Assembly (NCBI GenBank): GCA_965204855.1
Contig: OZ242018.1
Span: forward strand, 1,109,135-1,173,134
Length of the DNA stretch: 64,000 nucleotides
DNA from: Dehalococcoidia bacterium
Lineage (GTDB): Bacteria; Chloroflexota; Dehalococcoidia; Lucifugimonadales; JADFKI01
Direction of reading: 5' to 3'
The position numbers and the translations under genes are program-made. The notes under the pieces are model-generated. The model did no database searches. It was not told the origin of the DNA and saw nothing but the letters and a program-made list of their open reading frames with translations. Shown in pieces: positions 43,876 through 51,500 of the stretch. Each line of letters opens with the position of its first letter. Positions within the stretch are counted from its first letter, which is position 1.

Positions 43876-44631
43876 ATGACCCTCAAAGGCAAAGTGGCAA
43901 TGGTAACCGGCTCTGGCAGAAACATAGGGCGCGCGACCGCTATCGAGTTGGCCAGGCGAGGGGCGAGCGTTGTGGTGAATGCGCGCAGCAATCGGGCGGA
44001 GGCCGATTCAGTCGTTGCGGAGATAGAATCTTTGGGCAGCAGAGCAATCGCGGCCATAGCAGATGTAGGCGTACAGGAACAGGTGGACGCGATGTTGGCG
44101 GATGCGATGGCCGCGTTCGGGCGCGTGGACATTCTCGTCAACAACGCGGGACTGCGTGCCGCCGACCCGATTACCGAAATGACGCTGGAACAGTGGCGCA
44201 GTGTACTCGCGGTCAACCTCGACGGTCCATTCTACTGCTCTCAGGCGGTCATACCGGGCATGATCGAGCGCGGCTGGGGACGAATCATCAATGTGTCCGG
44301 TCTGAACGCGTTCAAGGGCAGGGCAGACTGGGCGCATGTGTGCGCGTCGAAAATGGGAGCGCTTGGTCTGACACGCGCGCTCGCGGCCGAGCTTGCGGAA
44401 CACAATATCCTGGTGAACCATATCGTGCCGGGCGCGTTCGATACGACACCGCCGCCGGGTCAGGCCGATGCTTTCGCGGGGCCGGCCGACACTCGCGCCG
44501 TGGGCATTCCTGTGGGCAGACTAGGACTGCCCGAAGAGATTGCCACCACCTGCGCCTTTCTCGCATCCGACGAGTCTTCGTTCATAACGGGTCAGACGAT
44601 TCATGTGAACGGCGGCGCACTCGCGTACTGA
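43876..44631 (+). CDS. short-chain dehydrogenase/reductase (FabG-like) with atypical active-site motif
   Basis: TGSGRNIGRA cofactor motif, NNAG. ATG 43876 follows GAGGAG. Confidence 0.85.
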   Translation: MTLKGKVAMVTGSGRNIGRATAIELARRGASVVVNARSNRAEADSVVAEIESLGSRAIAAIADVGVQEQVDAMLADAMAAFGRVDILVNNAGLRAADPITEMTLEQWRSVLAVNLDGPFYCSQAVIPGMIERGWGRIINVSGLNAFKGRADWAHVCASKMGALGLTRALAAELAEHNILVNHIVPGAFDTTPPPGQADAFAGPADTRAVGIPVGRLGLPEEIATTCAFLASDESSFITGQTIHVNGGALAY

Positions 44632-44650
44632 GATTGGCAGAAGAGCGGCG

Positions 44651-44659
44651 TGGTATAAT
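44651..44659 (+). promoter_or_regulatory. extended -10 promoter element TGGTATAAT upstream of moaD
   Basis: TGnTATAAT match. GGAAGG then TTG 44692 downstream. Confidence 0.5.
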
Positions 44660-44691
44660 TGAAGGTAGTCTTCAGTGTGGAAGGTCGCGGG

Positions 44692-44943
44692 TTGAAAGTC
44701 AGAGTGAAGCTGTTTGCCAGCTACAAGGAGAAGGCGGGCACATCGGACATCGAGATGAGCCTGTCGGATGCGGCAACCGTGTCGGATGCGGCATCGGAGT
44801 TGTTGCGTCTGTATCCTTCCATTTCCGGAGACACCTCACGATTGATGATTGCCGTCAATGAAGAATACCAAGAGCATGACTATCCACTGAGCGAAAATGA
44901 CGAGGTAGCGTTCATCCCGCCCGTGAGCGGAGGGCAATGTTAA
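44692..44943 (+). CDS. moaD: molybdopterin synthase sulfur-carrier subunit MoaD (ends GG-QC)
   Basis: LKVRVKLFASYKEKAG...EVAFIPPVSGGQC. ORF-track start 44659 overlaps the -10 box, so TTG 44692 is preferred. Confidence 0.8.
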   Translation: MKVRVKLFASYKEKAGTSDIEMSLSDAATVSDAASELLRLYPSISGDTSRLMIAVNEEYQEHDYPLSENDEVAFIPPVSGGQC

Positions 44944-44967
44944 CAGGATGTACAGGATGGATAGGAT
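44941..44967 (+). repeat. family-B cassette spanning exactly from TAA stop (moaD) to the ATG of moaE
   Basis: taacaggatgtacaggatggataggat followed by ATG 44968; 26/27 identical to 40856-40882. Confidence 0.9.
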
Positions 44968-45429
44968 ATGGGGATGATTACGATAACGAACGAGTCACTC
45001 TGTCCCGAAGCGATAACCGACAGCGTGAAGCAAGACAGCAACGGCGCGGTTGTTACATTCCTGGGATCGACTCGCGACTCCACTGCGGAGCGTAAGGTAC
45101 TTTACCTTGAATACGAGGCGTACAGGCCCATGGCGGACAATCAACTGGCACGGATCGCGGACGAGATTGGAGAGCGATGGGGCATCTCGGATGTGGCCAT
45201 AGCGCACCGGCTTGGAAGGCTGGAGATTGGCGACCTCAGCTTGGTGGTTGCCATAGCGTCGCCGCACCGCAAGGAGGCGTTCGAGGCGAGCGCTTACGCT
45301 ATCGACCGCATCAAACAGATAGTGCCTATCTGGAAGAAGGAATTCTTCGAGGGCGGCGAGGTTTGGGTCGGCAGCCAGGAGGACGAATGCGCCAAGCAGG
45401 GCAGTGCGGTCGCGGTTGGCGGCTCGTAG
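44968..45429 (+). CDS. moaE: molybdopterin synthase catalytic subunit MoaE
   Basis: GAVVTFLGSTRD...LEYEAY...IAHRLGRLEIGDLSLVVAIASPHRKEAF...PIWKKE. Confidence 0.9.
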   Translation: MGMITITNESLCPEAITDSVKQDSNGAVVTFLGSTRDSTAERKVLYLEYEAYRPMADNQLARIADEIGERWGISDVAIAHRLGRLEIGDLSLVVAIASPHRKEAFEASAYAIDRIKQIVPIWKKEFFEGGEVWVGSQEDECAKQGSAVAVGGS

Positions 45430-45597
45430 CCCTGATCGGTTCACTCGTCGGTCGAGCGTGCATGCGTCCGTCGCTTAAAATTGCGAAGTCCTGCCATCGT
45501 GATGACGATTATGCACGACAACTGTCAACCGACGAACCTATATCGCTGAATTGCGTGAATATAGGGGCAATTGTTATGAAAATCACAATCATCACAG

Positions 45598-45627
45598 TTG
45601 CGAATAGTATGCGGCGTCTGTTATATT
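45598..45627 (+). promoter_or_regulatory. candidate promoter of tRNA-Ser
   Basis: TTGCGA (45598-45603), 18-nt spacer, TATATT (45622-45627), ~19 nt before the tRNA 5' end. Confidence 0.35.
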
Positions 45628-45645
45628 AGTTCATTAATCTGGCAA

Positions 45646-45736
45646 GGAGGGATCGCATAGAGGTCTAGTGCGGCCGCCTGCTAAGCGGTTAGGGTTGAAA
45701 AGGCCCTCATGGGTTCGAATCCCATTCCCTCCGCCA
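45646..45736 (+). tRNA. tRNA-Ser (GCT), long variable arm, CCA encoded
   Basis: Acceptor GGAGGGA/TCCCTCC, anticodon stem GCCGC/GCGGT with loop CTGCTAA, variable arm AGGG...CCCT, T arm ATGGG-TTCGAAT-CCCAT. Confidence 0.9.
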
Positions 45737-45778
45737 TTTATTTATTTTTTTACCCTATTATTGAGAAAACTTTCACAA

Positions 45779-47062
45779 ATGGATGGATACTATATCTGGA
45801 CAGTTGGCTGCCAAATGAACAAGGCAGACTCCGAGCGGCTCGAAAGCGCGCTGGGGCAGATGGGCCTTGAGCCTCGTACGTCACCGAAAGAGGCAGATGT
45901 CATCGTTCTCAACAGCTGCGTAGTGAGACAGAGCGCGGAGGACCGCGTCGTGGGCATGATGACAAGCCTGAAGCCCCTCAAGCAGCGCAGGCAGGACAAA
46001 GTGCTTGCCCTGATGGGATGCATGGTCGGCCCCAAGACCGATGAACTGGAAAAGCGCTTTCCGTATGTCGATGTGTTCATGCAGCCGCAGCAGTACCAAC
46101 CGTTGATAGACCTGCTCGGCGAGCGCATGGACATCGATACTGAGGGCTGTGTGGGGCCGCTGGTTGCGCGTCCGGATGTGGCGACATACATCCCCATAAT
46201 TCATGGGTGCGACAAGTTCTGCACATTTTGCATAATCCCGTACAGGCGGGGCAGAGAGGTCAGCCGCTCGGTTGCGGAGATTGTGCACGAGGCGGAAATG
46301 CTGGTGAAGCGCGGCGTCAAGGAAGTTACGCTGCTGGGACAGAATGTTGACTCCTACGGGCACGACCTGCCTGACGAGCACGACCTCGGCGACCTGCTTG
46401 CGGCTGTCAACGATGTGTCGGGACTTGAGCGAGTGCGTTTTCTCACTTCGCATCCCAACGACATGAGCGACCACATCATCGATTCCGTAGCAGAACTTGA
46501 CAAGGTGTGCGAGCACATCAATTTGCCCTTTCAGGCGGGCGACGACAAGGTGCTGGAGGATATGCGGCGCGGGTACACAAACGACGAATATCGCCGCCTG
46601 ATAGACAAGATTCGCGAGCGCATACCGAATGTGTCGCTCAGCACGGACGTAATTGTCGGCTTCTGTGGAGAGACGGACACTCAGTTCGAGGAGACTCTAA
46701 CACTGATCGAAGACATCAAGTTCGACAAGGTTCACGCGGCGGCGTATTCGAACAGGCCCGGCACGATTGCCGAACGCAGACTTATTGACGATGTGCCGCA
46801 AGACGAGAAGAAGTTGCGACTGAAGGCAATCGAGATTTTGCAGGAGCGGATTGCGACCGAAATCAACTCCGAGCTAATGGGCCGTGACTTCGACGTGCTT
46901 GTGGAGGGACGCAAGCGTGGCAAGTGGTTCGGACGCAATCGCAACGATAAGCTGGTGTTCATCAATGATGGCGAATCGGAACTCGATCTCGCCGGAAAAA
47001 TGATCAATGTAAGGATAGACAAGACAGCTCCCTGGTCGCTCCAGGGGACGATGGCGCGTTGA
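45779..47062 (+). CDS. miaB: tRNA-i6A37 methylthiotransferase MiaB (radical SAM)
   Basis: YYIWTVGCQMNKADSE, radical-SAM CDKFCTFCIIP, TRAM C-terminus. The ORF-track start 45668 lies inside the tRNA-Ser gene. Confidence 0.9.
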   Translation: MDGYYIWTVGCQMNKADSERLESALGQMGLEPRTSPKEADVIVLNSCVVRQSAEDRVVGMMTSLKPLKQRRQDKVLALMGCMVGPKTDELEKRFPYVDVFMQPQQYQPLIDLLGERMDIDTEGCVGPLVARPDVATYIPIIHGCDKFCTFCIIPYRRGREVSRSVAEIVHEAEMLVKRGVKEVTLLGQNVDSYGHDLPDEHDLGDLLAAVNDVSGLERVRFLTSHPNDMSDHIIDSVAELDKVCEHINLPFQAGDDKVLEDMRRGYTNDEYRRLIDKIRERIPNVSLSTDVIVGFCGETDTQFEETLTLIEDIKFDKVHAAAYSNRPGTIAERRLIDDVPQDEKKLRLKAIEILQERIATEINSELMGRDFDVLVEGRKRGKWFGRNRNDKLVFINDGESELDLAGKMINVRIDKTAPWSLQGTMAR

Positions 47063-47104
47063 TGCACTTACCACACATCAGGCGTGTCTGGAGGGAATAT
47101 CGTT

Positions 47105-48313
47105 ATGGTTGTCGAGCAGCGTATTCCGACCATACCCATAACCGAGATCGAGCAGTCAGCGTTCTGTCAGACTGATGACGAACTCAAGGCGAAGACGCTT
47201 GAGGACGAATTCGGCGCCGGGGTTCGATGGCAGAAATTGCCGGTCAGCTACATGCGGACGTCGCCTGAGGAGCTTGACGAGCGTATCGGCGAAGCAAGGG
47301 CAAGGCTCGGCGATAGCGCCGTGATTCTCGGACATCACTACCAGCGCGACGAGATTATCAAGTACGCCGACTACCGGGGCGACTCGTTCAACCTATCGCA
47401 GTTCGCCGCATCGCAGAAGAACGCGCAGAGCATCATATTCTGCGGTGTTCACTTCATGGCTGAGACCGCCGACATTCTCAGCGCTCCGTATCAGAGCGTC
47501 ATACTGCCAAATCTGACGGCAGGCTGCTCTATGGCGGACATGGCCCGCATAGATGACGTGCTGGACTGCTGGGACGATCTTCAGGATACAATATGCGACG
47601 ATGGCGACATCATCCCCATCACCTACATGAACTCCACCGCCGCTATCAAGGCACACTGCGGACGCAACGGCGGCATCGTCTGCACATCGTCGAACGCGCC
47701 CGCCACATTCGAGTGGGCGCTGGAGCGTGGAAGACGCATCCTGTTCCTGCCGGACCAGCATCTCGGCAGAAACACGGGCCTTAAGATGGGCATCGGCCTG
47801 GACGAGATGGTGGTGTGGAACCCGTTCAAGCCGCTGGGCGGGAATACTGAAGAGGAACTGCGGAACTCCAGGCTTATCCTCTGGCAGGGCCATTGCTCGG
47901 TGCATACCCGCTTCACCGTGCAGCAGATTGAGCAGGCTCGCGCCGCTCATCCCGATGTGAATGTCGTGGTGCATCCCGAATGCACGATGGATGTGGTGCA
48001 GGCTGCCGACTCAAACGGCTCGACCGAATACATCAAGCGCGTGGTCGCGGACGCGGCGCCGGGCAGCATCATCGCAGTTGGCACGGAGATAAGCATGGTC
48101 AACCGCCTTGCGACGGAGAACCCGGACAAGAAGATATTCTGCCTTGATTCGGTTGTATGCCCCTGCTCCACAATGTATCGCCTTCATCCGGCGTATCTGA
48201 GCTGGGTGCTCGACGGGCTTAATGAGGGTGTTGTGGTCAATCGAATCACAGTTGATGAAGACACCGCAGAGCAGGCGCGGATTTCACTGGACAGGATGCT
48301 TGCCGTCGTCTAG
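47105..48313 (+). CDS. nadA: quinolinate synthase NadA (long N-terminal type)
   Basis: GHHYQRDEII...FCGVHFMAETADIL...HPEC. ATG 47105 follows GGAGGGA. Confidence 0.9.
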   Translation: MVVEQRIPTIPITEIEQSAFCQTDDELKAKTLEDEFGAGVRWQKLPVSYMRTSPEELDERIGEARARLGDSAVILGHHYQRDEIIKYADYRGDSFNLSQFAASQKNAQSIIFCGVHFMAETADILSAPYQSVILPNLTAGCSMADMARIDDVLDCWDDLQDTICDDGDIIPITYMNSTAAIKAHCGRNGGIVCTSSNAPATFEWALERGRRILFLPDQHLGRNTGLKMGIGLDEMVVWNPFKPLGGNTEEELRNSRLILWQGHCSVHTRFTVQQIEQARAAHPDVNVVVHPECTMDVVQAADSNGSTEYIKRVVADAAPGSIIAVGTEISMVNRLATENPDKKIFCLDSVVCPCSTMYRLHPAYLSWVLDGLNEGVVVNRITVDEDTAEQARISLDRMLAVV

Positions 48314-48389
48314 CCGACCTGCTGGGATTGACGTGTAATCGGGCCCATCTTGGATATGTGTTGCTACGCCAAGATGGGTCTAATCATAG

Positions 48390-49256
48390 GTGAGTGAATT
48401 GAAGTTGTTCCAGATGACCTTGGAAACGGAGGCGCTGATAGACAGAGCGCTTGCGGAAGATCTCTCGATAGGAGACCCGACGACGGACATCTTGATACCT
48501 GCCGACATGTCGGGGAGCGCATCTTTCTTAGCCAAGGAAGCTGGCATTCTCGCAGGGTTGGATATGGCACTCGCCGTGTTCCAACGCCTCGACGGTTCGT
48601 TGGTAGCCGAGTCCTATATCGAAGACGGGCAGCATCTCAGAAACGGAGACTCTATTGCAAAGGTGAGCGGCCGGATGAACCCGCTGCTGAAAGCCGAACG
48701 CACCGCGCTGAACTTCATTCGCAGGATGTCGGGCATAGCCAGCGAGACCGCTGCCTACGTGCGCGAGGTCGAGGGCTACGAAGTGCGGATTGTGGATACT
48801 CGTAAGACTACTCCGGGCTTGCGCGCCCTCGAGAAATATGCGGTTAGAGTAGGGGGCGGCTACAATCATCGCCAGAACCTCGGCGACGGCATCTTAATCA
48901 AGGACAACCATATCAATGCCCTGAAAGACGCAGGGATGACGCTTGGCGACGTTGTCCGTAAGGCGAACAACGAGAAGTCGCACACCATCAATGTCGAAGT
49001 CGAGGTTGAAGACCTTTCGCAGGTGGAGGAAGCTCTGGACGCGGGGGCGAAAATCCTGTTGCTGGACAATATGGGCCCGGAGGACATGGCCGTCGCGGTG
49101 CGAATGGCTGAGGGTAGAGCGGTGACAGAGGCTTCAGGCAACATCACGCTGAGGACCGTCCGCGCTGCCGCTGCGTCAGGGGTTGACCTGATTTCGGTTG
49201 GCGCGCTGACACACTCCGCGAAAGACCTCGACATCAGCCTCAACTTCACTTCGTGA
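48390..49256 (+). CDS. nadC: nicotinate-nucleotide pyrophosphorylase (carboxylating)
   Basis: DTRKTTPGLRALEKYAVRVGGGYNHR...LLDNM. Confidence 0.95.
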   Translation: MSELKLFQMTLETEALIDRALAEDLSIGDPTTDILIPADMSGSASFLAKEAGILAGLDMALAVFQRLDGSLVAESYIEDGQHLRNGDSIAKVSGRMNPLLKAERTALNFIRRMSGIASETAAYVREVEGYEVRIVDTRKTTPGLRALEKYAVRVGGGYNHRQNLGDGILIKDNHINALKDAGMTLGDVVRKANNEKSHTINVEVEVEDLSQVEEALDAGAKILLLDNMGPEDMAVAVRMAEGRAVTEASGNITLRTVRAAAASGVDLISVGALTHSAKDLDISLNFTS

Positions 49257-49266
49257 GCGTCTGATT

Positions 49267-50553
49267 TTGGCTAGACTCCTTCTGGGCGTAATCGTTCTTG
49301 TCCTCATGCTCGTGAGCGCCGCCGTCGTCTCCTTGTTGCGGCCGGCTGCCGACCCAGGTCTCAATCTAATCGCGTTCGTCAGCGCGGACGGCGAAGTCCT
49401 GACAATGAGCCCGGACGGCTTGCAGGTCAATCGGATTACTCCCGATGTCGAGGGCTTCTTCACTTGGCCTACCTGGTCGCCCGATGGAAATACGCTTGTG
49501 TATTCCGGAGTCGTGCAGCAAGACGAAGAACTTCAATTGAACCTCTATGCCTCAAACGTGTCCGGAGGCGCGAGCCGTGTGCTCTATGCCAGCGACCCGG
49601 GCGAGGTCGGACTTCTGGCGCAAGGGGTCGTCCACTATCCGCTTTGGTCTCCCCTGGGGGAACAACTGGCGTTCATAGCCATAAAGGGCGGCAGCCTGAG
49701 CTTATTCATGGACGACTTGAGTGATGATCCGGAGGCTCAGCACCTGCTTGACGATGGTCCTTTGTGGATGTCCTGGTCGAGCGATACATCCGTGCTTGCC
49801 ATTCACCGCGGCCCCGACCATTTTCTGGTTGCCGTCGATGATGAACTAAACGAACAGCTCATTGACATCAGGGCGATAGGCTACCGCGTGCCTGCGTTCA
49901 ATCCTTTGGATGGCACGCTCACGCTCAGGAACCAGCCGTCCGCGTTGAGCGCCAGCGTTTCCAGCGTCCGTCTAGATGGCGCAAAAGTGAAGTCCATCAC
50001 GCCGCTGCGAAGTGTAGAAGGAGAGGCGGCATTCCTGTGGTCGCATGATGGTGAGTATCTGGCGGTGGCTGAGGCGTCGCAGTATTTCAGGTATCGGGAT
50101 ACCGCGCTGCCCGCCTATAACGGAATCGCGGTCGTGCCGGCGGATTCGACTCGAGATGTTGTCGAGCTTGACCTGCCGGTGCTGGCGTTTTTCTGGTCGC
50201 CGGACGGCACCAAGATTGCGTTGGTTACTCTTTCGGAGAGGCAGAATGCGCTCAGCTGGGCGCTGTATGACGTGGAAACTAACGAACGTATGAGACTGGT
50301 GGACTTTGTGCCCTCGGCGGAGCAGTTGACCGTGTTCCAGTTCTTCGACCAGTATGCGTACTCGCATTCCATCTGGTCGCCTGACAGCGCGAGTATCGTG
50401 TTCGCGGGGGACCTGCTGACAGACTCAGTGACGGCTTCTGCAAAGAGACATCCGGGGCATGCCTCTTTCCATATCGTTGTGGTAGATGTGGAGCCCGTGG
50501 CTGAGGCTCATGTAATCGCTGAGGGGATTATGGGGTTCTGGTCCCCGCGCTGA
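49267..50553 (+). CDS. TolB-like (PD40/WD40-like) beta-propeller protein with N-terminal TM or signal
   Basis: Recurrent WSPDG-type blades: TWSPDGNTLVYSG, LWSPLGEQLAFIA, FWSPDGTKIALV, IWSPDSASIVFAG. Confidence 0.7.
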   Translation: MARLLLGVIVLVLMLVSAAVVSLLRPAADPGLNLIAFVSADGEVLTMSPDGLQVNRITPDVEGFFTWPTWSPDGNTLVYSGVVQQDEELQLNLYASNVSGGASRVLYASDPGEVGLLAQGVVHYPLWSPLGEQLAFIAIKGGSLSLFMDDLSDDPEAQHLLDDGPLWMSWSSDTSVLAIHRGPDHFLVAVDDELNEQLIDIRAIGYRVPAFNPLDGTLTLRNQPSALSASVSSVRLDGAKVKSITPLRSVEGEAAFLWSHDGEYLAVAEASQYFRYRDTALPAYNGIAVVPADSTRDVVELDLPVLAFFWSPDGTKIALVTLSERQNALSWALYDVETNERMRLVDFVPSAEQLTVFQFFDQYAYSHSIWSPDSASIVFAGDLLTDSVTASAKRHPGHASFHIVVVDVEPVAEAHVIAEGIMGFWSPR

Positions 50554-51018
50554 TCAGCCCCGCCTCGGTCTTTGTCTGTCGACAGAGTCAATCATAATAG
50601 TTACGGGGCCGTCGTTTTGGATTGAGACCAGCATGTGAGCTTGAAACTCCCCGGTTCGCACTTTCAAACCGGTCTGCTCGAATTGCTGCAAGGTGAAGTC
50701 GAATAGTTCCGTGGCACGCTCGGGGCGCATGGCATGGCTGAAACTGGGTCGGCGACCCCGGCGCGTGTCGCCGTAGAGGGTGAACTGGCTGATTACGAGA
50801 AGGTCGGCGGATGTGTCGAGAGCGGACAGGTCGAACCTGCCCGCGTCGTCACTGAAAATGCGGAGATTTACGGTCTTGTTGACGATATACGAGGCATCTT
50901 CGCTATCATCGTCTTCGTGGATGCCAATGAAGACGACCAAGCCCGTATCTATGCTGCCGGCGGCTTCGCCTTCAACTGAAACCGCCGCTTGAGATACGCG
51001 CTGGACGAGGGCGCGCAA
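50554..51018 (-). CDS. dtd: D-aminoacyl-tRNA deacylase
   Basis: MRALVQRVSQAAVSV...GLVVFIGI...ISQFTLYGDTRRGRRPSF. Confidence 0.95.
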   Translation of the reverse strand: MRALVQRVSQAAVSVEGEAAGSIDTGLVVFIGIHEDDDSEDASYIVNKTVNLRIFSDDAGRFDLSALDTSADLLVISQFTLYGDTRRGRRPSFSHAMRPERATELFDFTLQQFEQTGLKVRTGEFQAHMLVSIQNDGPVTIMIDSVDRQRPRRG

Positions 51019-51021
51019 GTC

Positions 51022-51318
51022 TTACTCGCTTGACTCGGACGAGCCACTCGTAGCCTTAGCCTTGGATGAGGACTCATCGCTCTTGCCTGAGTCGGCGGAA
51101 GCGCCGTTAGTCTGGGACTTCGTGCTGGTGTAGCTGCTGCCCTTGCCATAGTCGTTCACGTAAAAGCCGCTGCCCTTGAAGACGATGGGCACGGCTACGA
51201 ACTGACGGCTGGCTTCGCTTGGGCATATCGGGCAATTCGCCACCGGATCGGCATAGAAACTCTGACGCTCCTCAAAACGATGACCGCAACTGTTGCACTT
51301 GTAGTCGTATGCAGGCAA
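51022..51318 (-). CDS. FmdB-family zinc-ribbon protein with Ser-rich tail
   Basis: PAYDYKCNSCGHRFE...CPICPSE. TTG 51318 gives the family-typical MPxYxYxC start; ATG 51333 is the alternative. Confidence 0.75.
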   Translation of the reverse strand: MPAYDYKCNSCGHRFEERQSFYADPVANCPICPSEASRQFVAVPIVFKGSGFYVNDYGKGSSYTSTKSQTNGASADSGKSDESSSKAKATSGSSESSE

Positions 51319-51500
51319 GATAGACACTCCCATCTGATGCAGGGTTAGCAGAGGCAATCTGCGACTGCCAGCACTAATAAATGTAGCACTACGCCGAAAT
51401 AGTGTCAAATAAGCGGTCGTTCGCCAGTGTTCACCTATCAGGATGTCAGTCTGTCAAATGGGTGATTCGACAGGCCCACCATGAATGGATAAGGAAGGGC

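Noticed and set aside
45177-45629. 150-aa + strand ORF overlapping moaE and the following AT-rich spacer
   Set aside because: It is out of frame within moaE, with no motif. The spacer instead holds a plausible tRNA-Ser promoter.
45668-45778. N-terminal 37 codons of ORF 45668..47062
   Set aside because: They overlap the tRNA-Ser gene and its T-rich trailer. MiaB homology begins at the ATG at 45779.
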